From Hydrolagus colliei (Eukaryota), in contig CM068749.1 of assembly GCA_035084275.1 (NCBI GenBank), positions 17,546,001 to 17,610,000 on the forward strand: a DNA stretch of 64,000 nucleotides. Direction: 5' to 3'. Positions 38,776-50,191 of this stretch are shown piece by piece. The translations under genes and the position numbers were made by a program. The number at the start of each line of letters is the position of its first letter. The stretch's first letter is position 1. The notes beneath the pieces are model-generated. The model saw only the letters and a list, made by a program, of their open reading frames with translations, was not told the origin of the DNA and did no database searches.

Positions 38776-41389
38776 CATTATTATATAGATATCAGTCTGA
38801 CGCAGTTGGTAGCACACTTGCCTATAAGCCAGAAGCTTATGAATTCCGAGGAATTGCACTAACTCTTTGGTTTGATTCCACTTCCAAATGAACTACTTCC
38901 ACATTTACATTTATGGTAATCCTTGCATTTGATATGGTGGCTTTCATGTCGGAAGGATGTTTCAAAGTGCTTCACGGGATTTACTGTAAAGTGTATCTTT
39001 GCTGCGTATTCTTTTAGGTGAATTTACAGTAACTGTAAATATAAGACGATCCTACAAAAGAGAACAGAATGAAGAATTTCTATCCCCAAAATGTCATATT
39101 TTTATATTCATCTGTATGTGGAAAGATTTAAACAAAAATGACATTTGGTTGAACAACGGCTGTAAACATACTCAAGGATTCCATTCTACATTACTCATGT
39201 TCCTCAGCTGGAAATTCCTTTAACATATAGCAAGCCACAGCTGAAATCTCCGGTAATTACTTATGTTACATGACTGCCTTAACCCTGTAACATTATGTCA
39301 TATGTAGTACATCTTTAAAATGGCTGAAAAAAGCAGATCTGTCAACCTCAGTGCAACAACAGCGTGTGAGGTCTGTGTTGTGCAGAACTGCTACAAACCC
39401 TTGTTTGAATATACATAAGTCCTCGGGCTAAAATAGTGTAAGGCAGAGAGCCAGTGATTAATTTTTTAAGAGCGCGATGTTCATCGAAACAACAGCTAAA
39501 CGCTGGTCATCACAGGAGAAGATGCATTGTTACTTCTGACATGTCTTCCACAGTAATAAACGAATTCCAAAGTTATCAAGCCTTCTATTTAAACACTGTA
39601 ATTGTGCACACGAAAAACTCCTAGTAGAAGTTAATTATTTAACAGAGATATGCCCAGCGTCTGATTATTTCATGGTGGAAGCTGACCCGAAGCAAACAAT
39701 ATCATAATAGCACATCCGATTCGGTGGCCGAGTGACACTGCACAAGTTATTTTTCAGAGATTAGCATTAATGATGTTAGGGGAAGGAAAGCAACCAAAAT
39801 AGGAAAAAGTAAAAATATAATCTAATTCAAGTGCTCCACTGATGACAACAAATATATGCGGCAAGTAATATAGTCATATAGACCAGAAAGACTGACAAAT
39901 ACTCTGTCTGTGCTGTTAGTTGATCTCAATCAAGATGACCAGGGTCAAACACCTTGAGCTGAAGAAATGAATATATAATTTAGATAAAACATATGGTCCG
40001 TTCAGATATGGAATGCTTGGTATCATTCTGAAAATACTTTTCTTTCTAAATGTCATTACAACTTATTTCTCTCAAACATTTCTGTTCCTTGCCCTTCAGA
40101 CCGGAAGACTTCTGACAATGTTTGAAAACTGACATTTAAAAGAATATATTGTCAATTTCTAGATTGTGTTATGTAATATTTAGGTAGGGCACATTATAGT
40201 GCTGATCGTGTGGCAATGATTTATTGTTTCTTCATCATACAACACACAAAGGACAGGGGCTCATTTTAATATAGTTCTTATTTTCACAAGCGAGCTGTGG
40301 TTCACTTCCAAAGTGGAAATGAAAAACACATTACACAAAGCTTTGTGAGGTTTATGAAATTTACCTAATGCTTTTTTCTAATTTGGAAACGTATTAATCA
40401 TTTTTAATATTACTACAGTACCATTGTGCTGGATATGAAGCAATTTTTTTAAAAAAAGAGGCAGAAAATAGCAGCACTGCTCAACAACAGAATACAGAAA
40501 GTGAAACCAGAGAGGAACAGTGTGTAAGTGGATAAAAACAGAAGCTGACGAGCCCTGGGGAATACAAATTGTAAACATGGATGCATGTTAGAGAAAGAAG
40601 AGGTTTTCATAAGTTTGTTAAATGTGGCTGGACTGAATATTTTTACTGAGAGAGGCAGAGACAATGTGTGAAAAAAGGATCAAAATACAATATGAGAATT
40701 AGGAGCCACATACACAGAAAGGACTCTCACTGTAAAGTAGATAACATTCCAAAAGAAGCCACAGGACACGTGAATGTACAGCAGAATAATTACTTCATTC
40801 CTCATCTCATGCACTGTAGAATGGAACAGATTAAGTAGTGGACGATGATGGATATAACAATGCAAAATGTGTTTTTCATACTATTTAGATTTATGGCACA
40901 AAGATGTGCGATTTCATTAATAATAAATTTTGTGGATGACAATGTGCAAAGCAATTCTGCAAATCAAAATGACTCCAGAGCACATGTAGTCCCTTCTGCC
41001 TGACAGACTCCACCCTCCTGTCTATTTGCTTTACCCTTCTACCTTTGAGATGCTTCTCTTGAAAGACTACCTAATACAGTAACGCAGCCCCCAGGTCATG
41101 GTGCGCTACTGTGCTTGGGAAGGGGACTGCTTTAAAACCTGAAATGTTTTTGGCAGGTCAATTCCACAACAATAAATTTATCAGTGAGGAATTCCGACGT
41201 TAACTCAGGGATTCCTGTTTACCCAACTCCTTTTCAGGTTTCTCTGCTGAAACCTGGTTGAATTAGGTTTAGGGTAAGGAATTGGTTACTATATAAATGC
41301 AAGTTGTTGTTGTTGGTTTAGAATAGGATCAGGCTTGACAGTCATGGTCTTGAAGGGCCATACAGCCTGTCAACACTCACTATCTCATA

Positions 41390-41610
41390 CCATTCTAGCC
41401 GAGACCCATGTTTTCATCACCTCCCGCCTCGATTATCCCAGTACTGTTTAACCTCACCAATCTACACAGCTACACTACCAACAAAATCCAACCTAATTCA
41501 GAACTCCACCCCCTGTACAGTCACTCACTCTAAACTCCATATCTCTATCACACCAGACTCCGCTGTCACAGAAAGGATCGACTTCAAGATCCTTATACTT
41601 GTCTTTACGC
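41390..41610 (+). mobile_element. Degenerate L2 ORF2 relic
   Basis: HVFITSRLDY..., KIQPNSELH (LQLIQNS-like) and RIDFKILILVF remnants. Confidence 0.75.
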
Positions 41611-42226
41611 CTGGCCTGCTTGTCTCACATTAAAATAACTGGAAAAGAGGTCATCTCACATTAGCAGCACTAATCTCGAATTGGTTGCCATAGATAAAAC
41701 GACCTGTGAAAATGCGTCAGATGGGTTGCTAGATTTGAGTGCCAGAAACGTAACCATAAGAGTGAGATGTGTGTATAGTTCAGGCAATGTGCTTGCAGCC
41801 AGCTGAGAAGAGCATACTGGATCAGCTGGTGGAAATGACATCTGTCGTCCCATAGCTGGCTTGGAGAGTTGGCATGAGCTTGGGTGTGGAGTAGGCTGAT
41901 ACAGCCTAGATGTTTGATTATGAACGTCTTGATGACATGACCAGCAGCAGAGTGCGCGGCCAATACATTAACTGCGCCCGTATGTAGGGTAATGTGCCAA
42001 TCTCACCAAAAACACCAGCTTTCTAGATTTTTACAAATATAAATTCCTGTTTCCAAGTCAGAAATAAGGCATATCATTCAAGAGAACATTTCTAGTTTGC
42101 TCACTCGGGAAGCAAAACGATAATATTACATGCAATTGGTCTATGGGTGAATTTCTGTATACAGAACAATAATTCATGCAATTTGACAACCAATCTTTAC
42201 AAGGATAGTATCTTTTAATAAAACAC

Positions 42227-42436
42227 AAAATACTACAGATGCTGGAAATCTGAAACAAACATAGAAGTTGCTGGGAAAACTCAGCAGGTCAGGCAGCATC
42301 CATGGAGAAAGGAAAGTGAGTTGAACGTTTCAGTTCTGATGAAGGGTCGTGGACCCGAAATGTCGACTCACTTTCCTTTCTCCATGGATGCTGCCTGACC
42401 TGCTGAGTTTTCCCAGCAATTCTGTTTCTGTTTCAG
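42227..42436. mobile_element. Palindromic (fold-back) non-autonomous element, Penelope-like terminal-repeat type
   Basis: Perfect 54-bp inverted repeat (42268-42321 / 42366-42419) with looser outer arms (ctgaaac ... gtttcag). The loop carries a hammerhead core, as described for Penelope-like element termini. Confidence 0.75.
42332..42368 (+). ncRNA. Minimal type-I hammerhead ribozyme motif (possibly decayed)
   Basis: AGTT-CTGATGA(42336-42342)-A-GGGTC gtg GACCC-GAAA(42357-42360)-TGTC^GACT. Stem I is AGTT/GACT, stem II is 5 bp, and there is a GUC cleavage triplet. Stem III is vestigial. Confidence 0.6.
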
Positions 42437-42789
42437 TACCTTTTAATAGTTGTGTACAACTTGCCTTCTCAGTCTACTGGGTAAAACTCCCATTAGATTT
42501 ATCAACAAACCATAGAGATGAGAAGATTGTCGTTTAGAATCCTTGTCTGTGATGAGTTAGCCAATATCTGCGGGGACAGTAAGTAGGGAGTTGCAATGGG
42601 CTTCAAGTCCTCCAGGCGAGGAAAGGAGAAGAAAAGTAAACAACCATGGTTCCTACTTCAAAAACATATCAGTGAGAAAGTGTGTGCATGTAAAGATTGG
42701 TGAAGACAGCATCTGGTTTGTATATAAATAATTCTACAGTCTGAATAGGCAACTGACACTGTCTGTCTCGATCTAAAGATGAATAATAA

Positions 42790-43035
42790 TGACAATAATA
42801 ATAATCCTTGTATTTGATGTAGCGCTTTTCACATCTTCTAGACATCTCAAAGCGCTTCACAGAATATACTGTAAAGTGCTTGTATATTTTTGAGTGAAAC
42901 GCGGCAGCCAATTGCACACAGCAATCGTGGATTGAAATTACCAACTGATCTTTTTTTGGAGCGGGGGGTGGGGAGTTATTATAAAGTGTGTGGAGTAAGG
43001 AACTTGCCCAGGGTTTCGCCCTGACCTGAGTAATG
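42790..43035 (-). mobile_element. SINE with partial head
   Basis: Tail, body and gtggagtaaggaacttgcccagggtttcgccctg, a segment shared with the 47520 and 54395 copies. Confidence 0.85.
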
Positions 43036-43432
43036 GCCCATAAGGCAAGGTACCGGCCAGCTGATTGTTCTTGCGAAAAACGAATCCATATTAATAGTTG
43101 GTGCCTTCGGGAAGGGAAATGAAAGGCAAAAATCTTAGCACATTAACAACAACAACAACAACTTCGATTTATATAGCGCCTTCCATGCCGGACGGCGTCT
43201 CAGAGCACTTTAGAAAACAGTTTTGCTTACCAAACATCTGGAACTCATTCCACGTTCACATTTTCTGCGAAGCATTCTAACACAACAATAAAATTACATT
43301 TATAGAGCACCTTTCATGTTGGGAGGACACAAGGTTAAACTATAGCTAAAAGTTCAAATGTATCCAATATTCAAAAAACTGCAGTACTTATGATAAACCC
43401 TACTGCAATGAATAACTAACTCCTCGGGTTAC

Positions 43433-43499
43433 CTGCAATGTAAACTGGCAGCTCAGTGCCGTTACCAGTGGTCTTCAGTGTGGCCTTTCCCTTCTCCAT
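43433..43499 (-). CDS. Probable first coding exon of the RING-CH gene (MEKGKATLKTTGNGTELPVYIA)
   Basis: Minus strand TAA AGA ATG GAG: in-frame stop just upstream and a good Kozak context (A-3, G+4). Ends GCA G|gtaacc, a phase-1 donor matching the phase-1 acceptor at 34637. A second phase-1 donor ACT G|gtaacg lies at 43466. Confidence 0.62.
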
Positions 43500-43799
43500 T
43501 CTTTAACCCCTGTCACTTTTCTTCCAAGCCTTGAAGTGTTTGACAGGAAGCGGCGGAAGAAGAATGCTTTGTTTTTCTGCTGTAAACTGCCTCGAAGCAG
43601 ATCCCAGCCTAGAAACAGTGCACTGGGCACACTTCCAGCAGAGCAGCTCAGTCCTTTCAAACCAAGAGCTGCACAGTTTACAGAAGCCTCCAGTGCATCC
43701 AGGACTTGATGACTGTCACAAGCAATGTTTCAGCCAAACCTGAACAACTGTGGCCGAAATGGTTGAGGGGAAAAGAAGGGGAAATGGGTGAACAAGTTG

Positions 43800-43900
43800 T
43801 TTTTGTTTTGACAGGAAGTTTAATTTGTGTCTGACCAATCAAAACTTGCCCAAGTGTTTCTGCATTGGCTGATCAAGCCTCTGAAAAACAGGAAACTGTA
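43800..43900 (-). promoter_or_regulatory. Candidate promoter of the RING-CH gene: ETS site plus two CCAAT boxes
   Basis: CAGGAAGT at 43812-43819, CCAAT at 43835-43839 and ATTGG at 43864-43868, about 300-370 bp upstream of the ATG. A palindromic CRE, GTGACGTCAC, lies further out at 44168-44177. Motif evidence only. Confidence 0.4.
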
Positions 43901-45374
43901 GGTTTTAAACTTCAATTTCACTATTAGGTCCGACTAAGTCATCTAGAGGAATGCCTGAAAGTTTCCCAATGTGAATCACTATCCCCATTTTGCTTCCTCT
44001 TTATTTTTTTTGCTGCTGTCAGATTTTTTTAAAAAAACTTTTCTTTGTTCCTTTATTTGGATTCTGTTAATGGGATGATAGAACCAAACATCTGGAACTC
44101 ATTCCACGTAACAATTTATGAAATAGGGCAAGATTCTGCTAAAACATGTGACAACCAGGGAAAAACAGTGACGTCACCTGATGAAGCAAAACTTGCCTCG
44201 ATTTGCAGATGATTCACTGTCCAGTTGTGCAACAGTTTGAGGACTGGGATTATTCATTCAATGTTTACATTAATAGTTTTAGAGGATATTAAAAAGGAAA
44301 GTTTATTTAGTTTAAGATTACATTGGATTACCCTCGTCTAAAAGCACTCGTTTCCAAACATTTGTTCTCCACTCTCACTTTAAAGCATAGTTGGGAGTTA
44401 AGTCTGGATGAAATGCACAAGCTTTAAATTGAACTCACACCCAGCCAGAGTTAAATAAAAGCTGGCGAGAGTTCTACAATTATAACCACTTATCTCAGTT
44501 GGACGAGAAGAGGGAAAATGTCCCACTGAGGATGTGCTATTATTAGAAATAAATAACTAAACTTGGATTTTTTTTAAACTTGCATAAGTTTCAATGTTGC
44601 AGACCTGCGATAGATCAGACGCCCTCCAACTGACTAGAAAACAACAAGAACAATAGCAAAATGACATTTATACAGCACCTTTCACGTTGGGAGGACGTCC
44701 CAAAGCGCTGGGATCCGAGCATGGGGAATGGGGGTACTAAAGTCCTGCAAAGACAGGATTTTTTTTTAAAGATCAACTGAAAACATGTAACTTTTATACT
44801 AATAATAATAATCTTTTGAGCCAATCAGGAAATATGCGAAATTGAAATTGAACCGTTTTCTCTGCCATCCACAGTAATTAAACACAGTTTGTTCTAAATC
44901 CTAAGCCCCCAAGAGCTGCAGAGAGCAAGAGTGAGAGAGAGACTGCTTAAAAAGTATGTGTGTTCTGCTCATTATCTTTCATTAAGGGCAAGTTTTCCAT
45001 GATTTAAACAAAAGGTTGCTCTGCCCTTCTGCAATTTTACTTGACTAATTGCACCTAATTGACTTGAGCTGGTTAACTCTTTGAATGCTGGGCACTATGC
45101 TCCTAGTGACATCATTCCTGTGCAGTTTATCAAACACTTCATTATTTGTCGACTGGAGTTTCTTTTACTCTCGGTTGTAAATCCATTCATCTGGCTCTTC
45201 TTTTGTTACAATCTCAAATTTAGCCCATTTGTTATTTTTAATGAGGCCACAAAGAACTCAGTGCTTAGCTGTCTGTTCAGGTTTCAGGTTGGACTCCTTG
45301 AATATATATCTCGAATGAAATTAAGGATTGGGTAAAAATGTTTGTGTGTAGGTAGTGCAAATAAATTATATTAA

Positions 45375-45552
45375 TAAGAAGAATCCTTGCATTTGATATA
45401 GCGTCTAATCACATCTTTAAGATGTCTCAAAGTGCTTCACAGAATATACTGTTAAGTGAACTGACAGTATATTTTGCAGGCAGAACATGGCAGCCAATCG
45501 AGCACAGCTGTGTCCCACAAACAGTCGTGGATGGAGTGACCAATTTATTATT
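45375..45552 (-). mobile_element. 5'-truncated SINE
   Basis: Family tail and body in reverse orientation. Confidence 0.85.
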
Positions 45553-47324
45553 TTTTAGTCTTAAAGAGACTAAGATAAAAAACTACTGATATTTGTATTT
45601 TTCAATGGTCATATCACTGTTAAAAATAATTATTAACTATTAGTTTTGAAATCACTTTCAACCACTTTGCACATCTTGAACAAAATCTTCTGCCTTGGAC
45701 CCTCCCTCTCTGCTGGTAATTACTATCTTCCAGGTTTCCAACCTGTCTTTGAAAGGACTTTGCAAGGTTATCTTATGTGAAAGATGTTATATAAGTGAAA
45801 ATGATTGTTATTTTTCTTGTATGGTATGAATACCAGGCAATAAATGACTATTCCTATCACTGAACGTCAATGCAATGCTGATTTGCAAGGGGGAGATAAT
45901 CCAGAATTTCCCACTTACACTCCTTGCCCCCCTCCCCACCGCCCACAAATCAGACTTGAACTCCACCTACTGAAAATAAATGACAATTTCTTGAACATTG
46001 ACAGTTACCGGGAATAAACAAAATAAAATGGAGCATTTCGCATGTGGTTCCCCTCCCCCTCCACCTCTATCTAGCATTTTATAATGTGGCTCAGTTCTAG
46101 AAGCCACGATTTACACCTCAAAATAACTTACAACCCTCTTTCCAATAGGAGAGAATAATTGATAACAAGCCTCATCTACTTGGTCCTTCACATCAACAGG
46201 AGCTTAAGGAATAGTCCTATCATCTCCAGCTGAGGTTCAGGAAACAAGAGACGTGAAACAGAACATACACCAGCAGAGCATTGGGCCTTAGAGCCAAACC
46301 TCTACTCAATGGGAGAGTGCATCAAATGCAGAGATTAACATTATCAGGATGAACTTCATGAAGGAAATGATCTCCATCCTATGATCTTTATTATTATTGA
46401 TGGACTGCACCAGATTCTGATTGTTTGAGCTTAAGGAATAATACCATCCAAAACAAAGAGTAAATACTGTACATGCAACTCATCTGTCAAAACAACATAC
46501 TGTCAGCGCTTTAGCTAATGCATTAAACAGGGGAGGACAAAAATGCTGCAATTTATGTATCCGTCTTCAAAAGTGCATCAATTTAAATCCAAGAAAGCAA
46601 ACAATTTTTACAATGGTATTAACCTAATTCGAATATTCTAGTCTAAATATTTGCTTTCCTGAAATTAACTTGTATTTACTGTTGCTTTTCAAAGGGATGA
46701 ACAGCACAAATTGTACAGTACTTGCCCTCTTTTAAATCTTGTACCTCCAGTCAATCTCCTAAATCTCACAGCCATCTTTTGAGAAGCTTATGGTGCAGCT
46801 CGCCAGCCCATGATTTCCTGTTGCTGTCTTTGCTAGATTTCCTCTCAAGTGTGCACATGGAATGATATTTAACGATGGCACTTGGAGGTACTTACCTGTG
46901 TGGAAAGTGCCTTCTTCATTCTCCCTCCTGTGGTGTCCAATTGTGACGCATCGAGTGTGCGGAAACGGCCACTCGCACAATATGTGCCACACTGGGTGTG
47001 AAACTAGCAACCTTGAACTCTGTGGAAACACAGCAGTAAAACAACTAAGTTCAATAATAACAACAGGAGAGACGAAAAGCAGACGCACTAGCAGGAAAGC
47101 GATTCACCTCCAAGTACTTGACGTTATCATTTGGTGTAAAGATGGCTATCTCTTCCTTAACATGCAGACATTCACGAAGAATAAAAGGACCCTGATCCTT
47201 TAATGAGCACAGAGATTCGGACTTTACAATAGTTCCATTTAACTCAAATGTAGACTTCACACTTCACTTCACACATACAACACATTTTCGATTTTATCCG
47301 CATATGCTACGACATCAAACCGAA

Positions 47325-47619
47325 TAATAATATAATAATAATCCTTGCATTTGATATAGCGCTTTTCACGTGTTCTAGATATCTCAAAGCGCTTCACAGA
47401 ATATACTGAAAAGTAAATTGACTGTATATTTCTGGGCGAAAGGCGGCAGGCATCTGACAAACAGTCGTAGATTGAGTGACCAAATTTTTATTGTTTTTTT
47501 TGGGAGGGATTATTATGTGGAGTAAGGAAACTTGCCCAAGGTTTCGCCCTGCCTGGAATCAAACCCAGGTCTTTTCACTTGTGAGTGAGTGCTCTAACCA
47601 CTAAGCTACAGGGCTCCAC
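47325..47619 (-). mobile_element. Near full-length SINE of the same family
   Basis: Minus-strand head gtggagccctgtagcttagtggttagagcac...gggtttgattcc, and the family tail. Confidence 0.9.
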
Positions 47620-49477
47620 ATTCTAATAATAAGAGTAATATATTATTGTACAGGTATTAATAGAACATTGCAACAATATAAAAGAATACAGTACAACTAG
47701 AAATGACCTTAATTCAATCAATTATGACATCTACACCATACAGTACAGTATTATCTGCTGCATACACACACACACACCTAACATTAACATCAATTCTCCT
47801 TCAGGTCATCTACCTTCAGTTTATTTTTTATGGTCCAGCTCCTCTACTTTGCTTTTAATTGAGCCTGGGTGAAGGGCCAAGGCCCTTTGTGCATTACAGC
47901 ACCAATGTTAAAAGGATTATTCTACATGCTTGATTTGTTGCAACCCCCATAGGAATGAACACACTTCCAGAGGGAACAAAATAGTTACACAAGTCAGCAG
48001 AAACACAGGTGTTCGAGTCATCCCATGCATCTACATCTAAACACTAGCAATTTAAGCACAGTTAAATGTTATTTATAGTAACTGGACAAATTTCAACTTT
48101 TTAATGAGCAGGTTAACATTTGTAAAGGTGATAATGCAGAGCCTTTAGTTCTCTATTTCAATAGATATTGTCACAAACGTGTTCACTTCATGAGACTTTC
48201 AAGAGAAGTAAATGGAAGAAAAAAAATGGGTTATTAAACATAAACATTTTATTCCAGTGAGTTCCAGTTAATTATATGCCTGAGTTCTGCATTTTTTTTA
48301 AATTCAGGTGAAAAATTAATGACTTCCTGTGCGTAATTTTTAGTAGATAAAGTATGAGGTTACCTCTGAGCTCCATCAAATGATTCATGTTCAAATAATT
48401 GTCTGTGCGACCATCATGCGCTTGTGCACGTGAGTGAAACTGGCAAGTCCCAGCTCCACACGATAAAACCTAGTGTTTGGGTAGCTCAGGGAAAGGGAGC
48501 TTGGCTGGAAGTTAAATGGGTAAAATCACTGTGAAGCTGCATTGGTAATTAGGTAAGAGAGCTCTGCAGGAGAGACCTACTTCTTCATTTACCGATCTTC
48601 TGAATTAAAATTGTTAGAATACATTTAACACATGCATACTTTATGGACTAACTCCTACTAACGTTCGTTCATTTAGTCAGTGAAAAACTACCTGTTTGAA
48701 AATGATTGATCCTGTTTTAATTTCGAATGATTTCCAGAACTAAATGCAAAACAAAAATAATTTAAATATCACACCCTAATCTTTCTAAAAGGCAGGGAAT
48801 GTTGTGCTTCAACGAGGCACTTTAATTGCCAGCTGTTCTCATTCTGAGCAATATATTGTGGTAACATAATGTCACATTGTCTAGTGAACATAAACAGACT
48901 TACAATTAATTACAGCAAATGTTAATATTACAGGAACGAGAACAAAACATCTCATCCTAATCTGACTATGCTGCAGCCTTTTGCAACACATTCTGTTGCA
49001 GTCTATCAAAAGTCTCACTCTTACTGTTCCTATTACCAACATGGCAAATGGATTTTTTAGTGTTCACTGGGCATTATGAAGCAAAGTGATAAACTACAAT
49101 AAAAGCTAGCATTCAAAATGGCTGTCTTTAGCCGCTACAGATCTGTGTCCTTGAGCTACATACGAGTGTCCTTACTGTCAATCGCAACACCCTCAATCGC
49201 ATCTTTCCCATTATACTGTCCAGGCTTTTGCCGACAACTGGTAATGTTTTGCTCAATTAGCCAATATTGTGTTAGAGCAACAGCCTTCCACATTTCTGTA
49301 GAACTGAAATTGTAGGGCATTCAGATCTCATTGAATAACTGGCCTTCTGCGGCATAAATGGTGAACTGATGAAATAGATAAGTGACTTTCTCAGAAGACA
49401 TAAATACCTGAAAGGGACACTTATCTTTTATTGCAACCCTTACTTGTGGGTCTCTCTGTGAGCTTGGTGTAATACAA

Positions 49478-49890
49478 TAATAAATAATAATCCTTACATT
49501 TACATTGCGCTTTCCAGGTCTTATTGACGTCTCAAAGCACTTCACAGAATACAACAACGTCCCAAGGTCGGGACCAGAGCAGGGTGGGAGAGGTTGGGGT
49601 AGGGAGAAGAACAGAGTGAAGAAAGGGGGAAAAGACGTAGGAACCAGAGCAGTGGGGGGGGAGGGGGGTGGGGGGGGGGCGGGGTGGTCGTGGTTGGGAG
49701 AAGGAAAGTAGGAAAATTGACTGTATATTTGTGGGAGAAATGCGGCAGCCAAATTTCGCACAACAGTGTCCCACAAATAGTCGTGGAAGTGGGATTTGGG
49801 GAAAAAGGGGGAAAAGAGGGTAAGGGGAGGGGGCGGGATAGGGGGAAGGAGAGCAGAAAAACCGACTATATATTTGTGGGCGAAATTTGT
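49478..49890 (-). mobile_element. SINE interrupted by G-rich L2-UTR-like tracts
   Basis: Tail at 49478-49550 and body at 49716-49785, with purine-rich inserts between and after them. Confidence 0.75.
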
Positions 49891-50024
49891 GAAGTTGGCC
49901 TAATCCTGCTTCCAACCTTCATCAGTGTCCTGCTGATGGATGCCAATAAAAGAGTTTATTTTTGCTGGTGACACCACACACCACAGAGTGGTTAAGTCCA
50001 TGTTAGAAAGACAATCGGTGTCTG

Positions 50025-50190
50025 AATCACTGAAAGCAGATATTGACAGAATAGTTCAGTGAGCAGACAAATGGTGTGTTACCTTCAGTGACTGAGAAGA
50101 CCAAGTCAATAACTGTCAAGAAAGATTCATCGTGATAGTGCCCACCCACCTCTACTCCACAAGGAATGAGAGCTGTCTTCAGTTACAACT
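50025..50190 (+). mobile_element. Degenerate LINE reverse-transcriptase fragment interrupted by the MITE (appears to resume ~50936-51200)
   Basis: Translates as LKADIDRIVQ*ADKWCVTFSD*EKTK-like, matching the 'L..D...W...W...F...K' RT C-terminal motif of CR1/L2-group LINEs. Confidence 0.6.
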
Positions 50191-50191
50191 A

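Noticed and set aside
48364-48469. Alternative first exon (MNHLMELR, phase-1 donor GAG|gtaacc)
   Set aside because: Phase-compatible, but the acceptor is weak and the ATG context and promoter support are poorer than for the 43499 exon.
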